41,682 nt of DNA. Origin: a virus. A model generated the notes under the pieces. That model saw nothing but the letters and a program-made list of their open reading frames with translations, had not been told where the DNA came from and made no database searches. The translations under genes and the position numbers were made by a program. Where the stretch lies: the IMG/VR virus record IMGVR_UViG_3300049437_000042, positions 1-41,682 of that record, one strand, 5' to 3'. Each line of letters opens with the position of its first letter. Position 1 is the first letter of the stretch. Shown piece by piece: positions 8,501-16,725 of this stretch.

Positions 8501-8976
8501 CACAGATTCCTTCCGTACTTCCGGACATACGCGATGTCCCGCTTGATAGTCACCTGTGACACCCCGTACAACGAGGCGCCTTCCGCCATGATGGTCACCG
8601 GTCGGGCACCGTTGCGGAGACTGGTCTCCACCCATTCCTGCCGGCTGGTCAGTACGTGCTCGTCGGGTTCAGCGGGCGGGGGGATAGGGGCGCGCCGTTT
8701 GGGCCGCCAGTTGACGTGCCAGTGCCCGGGTACCCCGTCCTCGGATGGGGTGACCTTGAACGTCCGGTCCCCCACTTCCCCGTCGGGGTCATCATCGGGA
8801 TCAGGATCAGGGTCAGGATCAGGATCACGATTGAGCAGGCGATTGATCCATGACCTGATCTGGACACCCGGGTCGGGGGAGTGGGGGTCATCACGCTGAG
8901 TGAGCCACCACTTACCCGTCAAGTAGATGATGGCGATCACGATCGGGGGCAGGATGAGCGCTTGAAAGTGAGTCAT
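8500..8976 (-). CDS. Membrane-anchored protein with (Asp-Pro)n linker and C-terminal HTH
   Basis: 158 aa from MTHFQALILPPIVIAIIYLTGKWW (one TM), then DPDPDPDPDPDDDPD, then a C-terminal HTH-like GASLYGVSQVTIKRDIAYVRKYG. Confidence 0.6.
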   Translation of the reverse strand: MTHFQALILPPIVIAIIYLTGKWWLTQRDDPHSPDPGVQIRSWINRLLNRDPDPDPDPDPDDDPDGEVGDRTFKVTPSEDGVPGHWHVNWRPKRRAPIPPPAEPDEHVLTSRQEWVETSLRNGARPVTIMAEGASLYGVSQVTIKRDIAYVRKYGRNL

Positions 8977-8981
8977 GGTCC

Positions 8982-9545
8982 TTATCCGAACAGGAAAGTC
9001 ATAAGCCAAACAACGGGCCACACGATGGTGTTCAGGACGATGTCGATCGAGGCACCGATAGCGCCCTGGGCGAGGTGCCCCGAGATACCGACTAGAAACG
9101 CGCTACCCCACAACCAGTAGTTGAGTCGTGGTCCACTCGATGCCCCTCCGTCATCCACGGTCAGGGAGTGCCGTCGACCGAACCGCATGCGTGCTGCCGG
9201 CCCCATGCGGCTAGCCCACGAGTCAGGGACCAACGCGCAGATAGTGAAGATCCAAATGCAGCCGATCACGGCACCGACGATCTTGTTCGCGTCGGCAGCG
9301 TGAATGTATGCGTCTCCGGTTTGCTTGAGACCAGCGGCAAGAGCGTCCGCCACTTTGCCAACCGTGTTGCGCTCGATATCCGACCCGGAGAATCCGTCCC
9401 GGATCGCCGTGACAGCGAACACCCATGCGACCCGATCCCGGATCGAGTTCGGCCCGACGCTCATCATGTCGATGAGCACGGCCAGCATGATGGTTACCGC
9501 CACCCCCGTAGGGGTCATAGCGTGCTGCCCGTGGATAGGGTCCAT
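8982..9545 (-). CDS. Polytopic membrane protein (hypothetical)
   Basis: 187 aa from the ATG at 9545, which is preceded by GAGGTG. It has several hydrophobic segments. Confidence 0.65.
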   Translation of the reverse strand: MDPIHGQHAMTPTGVAVTIMLAVLIDMMSVGPNSIRDRVAWVFAVTAIRDGFSGSDIERNTVGKVADALAAGLKQTGDAYIHAADANKIVGAVIGCIWIFTICALVPDSWASRMGPAARMRFGRRHSLTVDDGGASSGPRLNYWLWGSAFLVGISGHLAQGAIGASIDIVLNTIVWPVVWLMTFLFG

Positions 9546-9874
9546 CACTTGCACCTCGTGACCAGGTGGAACCATCCGTACCGTCCGGCGTCACGCCCGG
9601 TGACCTGCCTGCGCCATACCGACCGCTGCCCGCGGGGAGCCTTCCCCTTGGTCCAGTACCGCTTGCACACCTTCCGGTGGGCGGTCGGCCGCTTGGCGGA
9701 GGTGGTACCCGATCCTGCGGCCTGGTCCGGGCAGGCCGGTACGGTCACCGTGATGTCCGGGCGCCCGTTGGGGCTGAAGGTGGTGCCCCCGGGCAGGCAG
9801 GTGGCCACGCGGGGCGCCGAGCTGACCGCGGGGGTCAAGGCCAGGGACGCAGCCAGGGTGAGCTGAGCAATCAT
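9545..9874 (-). CDS. Secreted, Cys-containing basic protein (hypothetical)
   Basis: 109 aa with a signal-peptide-like N-terminus MIAQLTLAASLALTPAVSSA. It has 4 Cys and a very basic C-terminus. The stop overlaps the next start. Confidence 0.6.
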   Translation of the reverse strand: MIAQLTLAASLALTPAVSSAPRVATCLPGGTTFSPNGRPDITVTVPACPDQAAGSGTTSAKRPTAHRKVCKRYWTKGKAPRGQRSVWRRQVTGRDAGRYGWFHLVTRCK

Positions 9875-10080
9875 GATGGGTCCTTATCGCGATAAACGTA
9901 GTTGATTACACCGAATGGGATATAACAGAACACGAGGTACATTCCCCACGGTGCATGGTGCTGGTTGAGCAGATGTCCGAGGTACGTGACCCCGGCAACC
10001 CGCATGAGGAACCGCACGATTGGTATCCGGATCGTGAAGTACGCCAGGGCCCCGATGATGATCACGATGAACTCGATCAT
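9871..10080 (-). CDS. Small membrane protein (hypothetical)
   Basis: 69 aa with two hydrophobic segments. ATGA-type overlaps on both sides. Confidence 0.6.
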   Translation of the reverse strand: MIEFIVIIIGALAYFTIRIPIVRFLMRVAGVTYLGHLLNQHHAPWGMYLVFCYIPFGVINYVYRDKDPS

Positions 10081-10343
10081 GACGTGGTCTCCACCCGTGC
10101 ACCGAGTGCTTTTGCCACGTCGCGGACTGCCTGCTCTACCATGTCCAGTCCAGTCCAGGTGATATCCGGGTAGGCCCTGGCGAACACGGGGTCACCCTCG
10201 CCCATGGTGATCGTGATGCTGTAGTAGGCGGAGACGTCGATGGTCACCGTGGGGCAGAACTCAGAGATCAACTTGTCGATCTCAGCGGGAGACAGGCACG
10301 CTGCACGGCCCAGCGTGCGCAGCGTCAGCTCAAGTGGGCTCAC
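10077..10343 (-). CDS. Hypothetical protein
   Basis: 88 aa from the GTG at 10343, which is preceded by AAGGAAGAGG. The longer 141-aa reading has a non-protein-like N-terminus. Confidence 0.55.
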   Translation of the reverse strand: MSPLELTLRTLGRAACLSPAEIDKLISEFCPTVTIDVSAYYSITITMGEGDPVFARAYPDITWTGLDMVEQAVRDVAKALGARVETTS

Positions 10344-10345
10344 GA

Positions 10346-10606
10346 TTAGACCTCTTCCTTTGTGTCGACCTGGTGGGGAGCGTCGATCCGACAGGTGCGC
10401 CAGTGCCGACCCGGGAAGCACTGCGGGCACAGTTCCAGCTTGCGGGCGTTGCCAGCGCGCGAGAACGACGGATCGCCCACGATGGTCCCCGAGGTCCCGC
10501 ACTGCCCCCGCCAGGTAGTGGTCATCACGCGGTGCTCACTCTGTGCGGAGTGGAACCGCTCGACCGCATGGACCGGGTAGCCCGCAGTGGGCGTGTCGGC
10601 GCTCAC
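10346..10606 (-). CDS. Cys-rich small protein (possible Zn-ribbon)
   Basis: 86 aa. GTG start in a GTGA overlap with the methyltransferase stop. Contains CPQC plus further Cys residues. Confidence 0.5.
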   Translation of the reverse strand: MSADTPTAGYPVHAVERFHSAQSEHRVMTTTWRGQCGTSGTIVGDPSFSRAGNARKLELCPQCFPGRHWRTCRIDAPHQVDTKEEV

Positions 10607-11301
10607 CGGTCACGCTCCATGAACGCCGACCCGATGTACTGCGTGTACGCGGGAGGAATCGCTTCGCACACCGAGTTCAGGTTGTTCGCCAGCCAGTACG
10701 TGCCCATGGCGTTAGCAGCCGCGCGCACCCACGCTTTCGAGTGGTGACCGTTGCGCCCAGTGATGGTCATCATCGGACGATCCGCATCGGGTAGGTAGCC
10801 GTTCCGCATCGTGAGCCGCGAGTGCGGGCGGTGCTCCGGAGCGGGGGGCTTCACCCATCCGCCCCCGAACTCAAACCAACGGTGCCGGTACACGATCAAC
10901 CCGAACGACGCGCCGCACAGTGTGAGCGGGTCACGGAGTCCGGTTCGGTGGTAGGCCACGTTTTCGATCACGTAGGGAAGGCCGGTCGCGTCTAGTGCGT
11001 CACGGGTTGCCGGGATCAGGTTGACCGGATCGGCGGTGCTCGGGTTGCGCATGGTGTGTCGACGCCGGAACGCACTGGTTGGACTGCTGGCCTGGCACGG
11101 TGGGGACGCGTGGATGGCAACTGGCCGGTAGCGCTCGACCAGGTACGGCAGAATCTCCAGTGCGTCTGCCCGGTAGAACGCGAACGGGTACTCGGGGTGG
11201 TCGTCGAGATCGACCCCGACGACACTGAATCCGGCCGACGCGTAACCGACGCCCGCGCCGCCGCCGCCACAGAACAGATCTAACAGAACCGGCTGGTGCA
11301 T
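10603..11301 (-). CDS. DNA (cytosine-5)-methyltransferase, short form
   Basis: 232 aa from MHQPVLLDLFCGGGGAGVGY (motif I). Also ASPPCQ (motif IV, catalytic Cys), VIENV (motif VI) and C-terminal CEAIPPAY. The start overlaps the upstream stop (TGATG). Confidence 0.88.
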   Translation of the reverse strand: MHQPVLLDLFCGGGGAGVGYASAGFSVVGVDLDDHPEYPFAFYRADALEILPYLVERYRPVAIHASPPCQASSPTSAFRRRHTMRNPSTADPVNLIPATRDALDATGLPYVIENVAYHRTGLRDPLTLCGASFGLIVYRHRWFEFGGGWVKPPAPEHRPHSRLTMRNGYLPDADRPMMTITGRNGHHSKAWVRAAANAMGTYWLANNLNSVCEAIPPAYTQYIGSAFMERDR

Positions 11302-11561
11302 CACGCGTGGTGGAACTTGCAGGAGGGACCGTCCGCGCACACCGGCTGTGTTCCGATCAGGGCCGGAGCACCGATCAGCGCGCGTCCGTCCGAAGTGATG
11401 TACCGCATGGTGACAGTCGAGCCGGCCGGCCGGACCTCGGCGATCAGGTTGAGCGCCTTCAGGGACCTGACAGTCGCGCCCGGAACGTTGAAGATGAAGC
11501 CGTACCGGTTCGATGCTGCGCGGTTCAGTGTCTCGGTCTGTGAAGAGGTGAGCTTGATCAT
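11301..11561 (-). CDS. Small winged-helix-like protein (hypothetical)
   Basis: 86 aa, MIKLTSSQTETLNRAASN...ATVRSLKALNLI...ITSDGRALI. It is preceded by GGAGGCACCCG and is the first gene after promoter copy A. Confidence 0.6.
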   Translation of the reverse strand: MIKLTSSQTETLNRAASNRYGFIFNVPGATVRSLKALNLIAEVRPAGSTVTMRYITSDGRALIGAPALIGTQPVCADGPSCKFHHA

Positions 11562-11601
11562 CGGGTGCCTCCGGGTGGTTCAGGGTGTCGGACGAGTCTT
11601 C

Positions 11602-11631
11602 AGTCTAGTGCACGACGTACACGCCGTGCAA
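11602..11631 (-). promoter_or_regulatory. Sigma-70-like promoter (copy A of a duplicated ~43-bp module)
   Basis: Minus strand reads TTGCAC - 18 nt - TAGACT. The module 11598..11640 is nearly identical to 12156..12200. Confidence 0.6.
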
Positions 11632-11650
11632 GTCATACACTGCGTACTGA

Positions 11651-11842
11651 TCACCAGTCCACCGGCCGGTTGTGTCGGCAATCGATGTGACAAGCGATCC
11701 ACCACGGAACCAGGCGACGTAGGCGCCACTGGTAGATGACTCCGCCGTACGTGTGCTCCCGGCAAGGTCGGTCACCGACCTTGCCGCAGGCGAAGCACAC
11801 CAGGTGTCGGTGGTAGCACAGCCATGCGGCAACGCGCTTCAC
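11651..11842 (-). CDS. Cys/His-rich small protein (hypothetical)
   Basis: 63 aa from a GTG in a GTGA overlap with the upstream stop. It ends in ...NRPVDW, sharing its last 17 nt with the upstream gene. Confidence 0.45.
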   Translation of the reverse strand: MKRVAAWLCYHRHLVCFACGKVGDRPCREHTYGGVIYQWRLRRLVPWWIACHIDCRHNRPVDW

Positions 11843-12129
11843 CAGTCCACCGGCCGCGCGTAGTCTTCCGACGCATCGTTGAGCCGTTCCAACGCGCACC
11901 GCACGTGCCGCTTCCAGCACTCGTCATCGCACGGCTTGCCGGTCGGCGCCTTCACCTCCGGCAACATCTGGTCCAGCAGGGTCAGCACGGCGTCTGACAC
12001 GTCCAGTGACGCCTCACGTCCCTCGTGCTCGACCTCGACTGCATCGTCAGCCAGCCGGCCCAGCGCTTCTGCCGTGAAAAGTCGTCCGGCCTCGGCGCAC
12101 TCGGCTATCGCTCGATCAAGTCCACTCAT
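11839..12129 (-). CDS. Acidic hypothetical protein
   Basis: 96 aa from the ATG at 12129, which is preceded by GGAGGTAACGAC. It ends in ...ARPVDW. Confidence 0.6.
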   Translation of the reverse strand: MSGLDRAIAECAEAGRLFTAEALGRLADDAVEVEHEGREASLDVSDAVLTLLDQMLPEVKAPTGKPCDDECWKRHVRCALERLNDASEDYARPVDW

Positions 12130-12159
12130 GTCGTTACCTCCGGGTGTCAATGAGACTTC

Positions 12160-12189
12160 AGTCTAGTGCATAGCGTACACGCCGTGCAA
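12160..12189 (-). promoter_or_regulatory. Sigma-70-like promoter (copy B of the duplicated module)
   Basis: Minus strand reads TTGCAC - 18 nt - TAGACT, followed by TTGACACCCGGAGG and the ATG at 12129. Confidence 0.6.
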
Positions 12190-12203
12190 TTCATGCACAC
12201 TAC

Positions 12204-12479
12204 GTGACGGATATAGTGCACAACGTCATCAGGGGCTACGATCACGGCGTGACGGTTGCAGACCGGGTGTCCCGGTGGTATCAGGGTCGGTCGTTCCTGG
12301 CCGTCCTCGCGCGTGCCGCCGCACGGCTGGTCCGCCCCCGCCCCGGCTGGTTGTCCAGCGGGGCGGGGGCGATCGCTGTTCTGACCGCCTGGCAGCTTCA
12401 CCCGGTTGCCGCCGGAGCGGTCGCCGTGGTGGTCCTGTTGCTGGCTGAGTGGCGGGTAGCCGGTCGGGGCGTCCGGTGA
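12204..12479 (+). CDS. Hypothetical membrane protein
   Basis: 91 aa with a GTG start and no obvious SD. It has a hydrophobic C-terminal half, and its stop overlaps a candidate portal start (GTGA). Confidence 0.4.
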   Translation: MTDIVHNVIRGYDHGVTVADRVSRWYQGRSFLAVLARAAARLVRPRPGWLSSGAGAIAVLTAWQLHPVAAGAVAVVVLLLAEWRVAGRGVR

Positions 12480-14551
12480 CCAGCGTTGTCGGGCAAGCCC
12501 TGACTGCACTGCGGAGTATCCGCAACGAGGCGCCCGTGCCCCTCACCCGTCGATCAGGTCTCATGGGCCGGCTGGACGCCCTGATCAACACTGAGACCTA
12601 CCTGGCCACCATGGGCACGGTCGGCACGGTCAATGCCATCGTCAACGGGCTGGCTGAAGCGGTCAGCGCTGCCGAGTGGAAGTTGTACCGGACGGCCGCG
12701 AGCGGTAAGGAAGAGGATCGGGTCCAGGTCATGCGGCACGCTGCCTTGAAGGCGTGGCGCACACCGAACCCGTTCATGACCAACCTTGAGTTCGTACACG
12801 CGTTTCAACAGCATCTTGAACTTGTGGGGGAAACGGACTGGCTGGTTGGTCGGTCTGCGGGGTACGACGTCCCGCTGGAACTGTGGCCCATCCGTCCCGA
12901 CCGGATCGCCCCGGTGGAGCACCCGACCAAGTTCATGACCGAGTGGACTTACTCCGGCCCGGACGGGCAGACGATCCCGCTCCGGCTGGACCAGGTGATC
13001 CAAACCAAGTTGCCGAACCCATGCGACCCGTACCGGGGCATGGGCACGCTGCAATCCGTCATGCACGACGTCGACGCAGCCCGGTACTCCGCACGCTGGA
13101 ACCGGAATTTCTTCCTGAACGGGGCCATGCCGGGTGGTGTGATCGAGGTACCCGACAAGCTGTCAGACCCCGAGTGGAACGAGATGCAGGATCGGTGGGA
13201 GTCGTCCCACCGGGGAGTGGACAACGCCCACCGGGTAGCGATCATCGAACGTGGCAAGTGGGTTCCTGCCATGTTCTCGATGCGGGACATGCAGTTCGGC
13301 GAGTTGCGCGAGGTGTCCCGCGAGATCATCCGGGAAGCCTGGCGCTACCCCAAGGCCATGTTGGGCACGGCAGAGGACGTCAACCGGGCCAACGCGGAAG
13401 CGGCAGAGGTCATGCTCGCTCGCTGGCTCGTGCTCCCCCGCCTCCGGCGTATCCGGGACACCCTGAACTTCAAGTTCCTTCCCCTCTTTGGGCTCACGGC
13501 CACGGGCCTTGAGTTCGACTTCACGAGTCCCGTACCCGAGGACCAGGCAGCGGAGAACGCTGAGCGGGACAGCAAGGTAGCGGCGTACGTGGCCCTGGTT
13601 GGGGCAGGGGTTGAGCCGGACGACGCTTCGGAATACCTCGACATGCCCAAGATGTCGATCAAGGTAACGAGCACGGTCGGCCCGCCCGTGACCGACCCGG
13701 CGTTGCCGCCCGTTCCGCCTGAACCGGCACCTGAACCCGCTCCGGCAGCCCACGTGCATGAGCACCGGGTGTTGCCGATGCTGCCCATGATGCTGCTGGC
13801 CACCAACGCCACCCCGCGGGAGACCGACCCTGCATACCTCGCCTACCAGGCGGAGATCGACAAGTTGGTGGGGGACTGGTCCGGGATCACCGAAGCGCAG
13901 CGTGCAGAGATCCATGAGCAGGTCACGGCCGCTGTCGACACCGGAGACATCACCACCCTGGCCGCGCTCGTGGTCACCACGGCAGGAGCGGGGGCCCTCT
14001 TGACCGCGAGCATGATCTCTCTGTTCGGGGCGATCGCCGCTCTCACCGTGGCGGACGCCGCTGTCCAGGGTGTGACCATTACGCCGGCGGTCGCCGTTGC
14101 GTCGCAGGTAGCGGACGTGGCCAACGTCGTAGTTGCGCTCATGGCGTCCGGGCTGGCTGACGCGGCAGCCCGGGAAGCGCTCCGTTTGACCGTGCCAGGG
14201 GCTACCGGCAGCGCGGTAGCGGACCAGGTGGACGAACACCTCGCTGCGTTGTCCGATGACTTCCTGCATGGGCGTCTCGGTGGGGCACTGTGGCGGGCGG
14301 CGGCCGCCGGATGGGGCCAGACGGTCAGTGACGCCCTGGCTGCGGGGGAAGAGGCAGAGTTCTACGCCTCCGAACGGCTGGACCTGAACACCTGCGCACC
14401 GTGCCGTGAGGTGGACGGCAAGCACCTGGTGTCGTGGGAGGCTGTCGTGATCGCTGGGTACGCCAACAACGGCGGGTACCTCGATTGCCAGGGTGGCGAG
14501 CGTTGCCGTGGTCGGGTGCGAACCGTCTGGATCGGAGTACGTGATGCGTAA
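12476..14551 (+). CDS. Portal protein fused to a MuF-like C-terminal domain
   Basis: The ORF is open from 12449. The GTG at 12476 gives a GTGA coupling, so the start is ambiguous (12449, 12476 or ATG 12563). The N-terminal ~400 aa is portal-like. An Ala/Val-rich segment follows. The C-terminus LDLNTCAPCREVDGK...CQGGERCRGRV resembles the conserved MuF/SPP1 gp7 end. Confidence 0.85.
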   Translation: MTSVVGQALTALRSIRNEAPVPLTRRSGLMGRLDALINTETYLATMGTVGTVNAIVNGLAEAVSAAEWKLYRTAASGKEEDRVQVMRHAALKAWRTPNPFMTNLEFVHAFQQHLELVGETDWLVGRSAGYDVPLELWPIRPDRIAPVEHPTKFMTEWTYSGPDGQTIPLRLDQVIQTKLPNPCDPYRGMGTLQSVMHDVDAARYSARWNRNFFLNGAMPGGVIEVPDKLSDPEWNEMQDRWESSHRGVDNAHRVAIIERGKWVPAMFSMRDMQFGELREVSREIIREAWRYPKAMLGTAEDVNRANAEAAEVMLARWLVLPRLRRIRDTLNFKFLPLFGLTATGLEFDFTSPVPEDQAAENAERDSKVAAYVALVGAGVEPDDASEYLDMPKMSIKVTSTVGPPVTDPALPPVPPEPAPEPAPAAHVHEHRVLPMLPMMLLATNATPRETDPAYLAYQAEIDKLVGDWSGITEAQRAEIHEQVTAAVDTGDITTLAALVVTTAGAGALLTASMISLFGAIAALTVADAAVQGVTITPAVAVASQVADVANVVVALMASGLADAAAREALRLTVPGATGSAVADQVDEHLAALSDDFLHGRLGGALWRAAAAGWGQTVSDALAAGEEAEFYASERLDLNTCAPCREVDGKHLVSWEAVVIAGYANNGGYLDCQGGERCRGRVRTVWIGVRDA

Positions 14552-15350
14552 GTGGCCACGGATGGTCAACCAGGCAGAGGACCGGCCGGACTGGTGCGCC
14601 ATCCGGCCCAAGCTGGTTCACCCCGGCGGGGGGCCGACAGCTCAGCTCACGCCGGACGCCAACACGACCGAGGTATGGGTGTACGACGAAATCGGTTACT
14701 GGGGCACTACGGCCAGTGACTTTGTCGGGCAGCTCAGCGAGATCTCGACCCCGACCATTGATCTGCACATCAACTCTCCAGGTGGTGAGGTGTTCGACGG
14801 ACTCGCGATCTATGAATGCCTCCGGGTGCACCCTGCCAGCGTCACCACGTACGTGGATGGCCTGGCAGCGAGCATCGCGTCCGTGATCGCCATGGCCGGT
14901 GACAAGATCATCATGGGCCGGTCGGCGCAGATGATGATCCACGACGCGTCCGGCGGTTCGTGGGGCAACGCTCGCGACATGCGCGACACGGCCGACCTGC
15001 TGGACCGGCTGTCTGAGCAGATCGCGGGTGTCTACGCCGATCGATCCGGCAAGCCGTCCAAGACGTGGCGCCAGTGCATGCTGGACGAGACGTGGTTCTT
15101 CTCGGCGGAGGCGGTCACGGCTGGCCTGGCTGACGAACTGTCGCCTCTCCGGCGCAGCGATGGGGACCCGCAGGCGCCGACCGATCGGTGGGACCTGTCC
15201 GTGTTCCGCTACTCCGGCCGGACGTCTGCCCCTCCGCCTGTTGTGCCGACTCCTCCGCCTGTCGATGCCGTCCCGAGCGGCCTTCAGCCACTGTCCGATT
15301 CCGAATTGTCCGAAACAATCGCTCTCTTGAGGGAGGCGTTCACAGCATGA
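14544..15350 (+). CDS. ClpP-like (S14) capsid maturation protease
   Basis: HINSPGGEV and GLAASIASVIAMAGD match ClpP-family signatures. It lies between the portal and capsid genes. The Pro-rich C-terminus is scaffold-like. Confidence 0.85.
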   Translation: MRKWPRMVNQAEDRPDWCAIRPKLVHPGGGPTAQLTPDANTTEVWVYDEIGYWGTTASDFVGQLSEISTPTIDLHINSPGGEVFDGLAIYECLRVHPASVTTYVDGLAASIASVIAMAGDKIIMGRSAQMMIHDASGGSWGNARDMRDTADLLDRLSEQIAGVYADRSGKPSKTWRQCMLDETWFFSAEAVTAGLADELSPLRRSDGDPQAPTDRWDLSVFRYSGRTSAPPPVVPTPPPVDAVPSGLQPLSDSELSETIALLREAFTA

Positions 15351-16687
15351 CCAAGGTTGCAATCCCGACCTCTGCGAGCGAGCTTGAAGAACTGCTCAAT
15401 GATGGTCCGCGTGTCGGCGAACTGATCAAGAACAACCAGTTTGGCGAGTTCGTGGCGGCGTACTCCAAGACGATCCAGCGCACCGATCCCGACCTGATCC
15501 AGCAGATCAATGAGGGGATGCAGGCGGGCTTGCAGGACTTCCTGCGACGCAACGAGCAGACCCGCCCGGACATCCCGACCGAACTGGTCAAGCCCGGTGC
15601 CCACGTCGATCTGCGGATTCACCCGACCGCACTCGGGGCGCCGCTCAACAAGGAATTTCCCGGTGGGTTGCGAGAATTCCTCACGTCCACCATGCCGACC
15701 AACCGTCTGACCAGTTCGGACGTGGATCGGTGGCGTCGGATCAGGAACGACTACTCCTCCATCGACCCGAGCAAGGGCGGATTCCTGGTCCCGGAGACGA
15801 TCCGGTCGGGCCTCATGGCCAACGCCCTGGAGACGGCCATCATGCGCCCCCGGGCGACCGTGGTCACGATGGACGCTCCCCGGGTCGTCTTCCCGGCGAT
15901 CGACGAGACGACCCGCTCGGGCAGCGTGTTCGGAGGTATCTCGTGGGCGTGGGTGGCGGAGGGTGCCGCCATGCCGGAGTCGGAGGCGCGCTTCGGCCGC
16001 GTCGTGCTCGACGCGTCCAAGCTGGTCACCTACTGCGAGGTGCCGAGCGAACTGCCGCTGGACGCTCCGCAGGCGTTCGGTGACGTCATCGACCAGCGGA
16101 TGCCTGCGGCCCTGGCGTTCGGGCAGGACTACGCATACCTCGTGGGCACGGGTGTCGGTCAGCCTCTCGGGTACCTGAACGCGGCCAACAAGGCGCTGGT
16201 CAGCGTGGCCAAGGAAACCAACCAGCCCAACGACACGATCGTCGTGCAGAACATCAACAAGATGTTCAGCCGCATGACCCCATCGTCGCTGAAGTCGGCG
16301 GTGTGGGTGGCCACGATCGACACGTTCCCCCAGTTGGCCGAGATGAGTCTGGCCACGGGTACCGGCGGGTCGCCGGTGTGGCTCAACAACGGTGTGGTCG
16401 GCGCTCCCCCGATGACGATCTACGGGCGCCCGGTCGAGTTCACCGAGAAGACCCCGACGCTCGGGGACCTCGGGGACATTTCGTTCGTCGACCCCACTCA
16501 ATACCTGGTGGGCGACATGCGCCAGATGCGGGTCCAGTCGTCCGAACACTACAAATTCAATCAGGATCTGATCGTGTACCGGGTCATCGACCGGGGAGAC
16601 GGTCGGCCGTGGATGCTGTCGGCCGTGACTCCCGCCAACGGCGCGACCAACACGCTGAGCCCGTACGTCACGCTGGCCGCACGCTGA
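15347..16687 (+). CDS. Major capsid protein (HK97-like)
   Basis: 446 aa from an ATG in an ATGA overlap with the protease stop. The N-terminal delta-like helical region, the size and the position are typical. Confidence 0.85.
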   Translation: MTKVAIPTSASELEELLNDGPRVGELIKNNQFGEFVAAYSKTIQRTDPDLIQQINEGMQAGLQDFLRRNEQTRPDIPTELVKPGAHVDLRIHPTALGAPLNKEFPGGLREFLTSTMPTNRLTSSDVDRWRRIRNDYSSIDPSKGGFLVPETIRSGLMANALETAIMRPRATVVTMDAPRVVFPAIDETTRSGSVFGGISWAWVAEGAAMPESEARFGRVVLDASKLVTYCEVPSELPLDAPQAFGDVIDQRMPAALAFGQDYAYLVGTGVGQPLGYLNAANKALVSVAKETNQPNDTIVVQNINKMFSRMTPSSLKSAVWVATIDTFPQLAEMSLATGTGGSPVWLNNGVVGAPPMTIYGRPVEFTEKTPTLGDLGDISFVDPTQYLVGDMRQMRVQSSEHYKFNQDLIVYRVIDRGDGRPWMLSAVTPANGATNTLSPYVTLAAR

Positions 16688-16725
16688 GCCCATGCCTGAC
16701 AAGATCTTTTAGAGAGGAGTGATCC

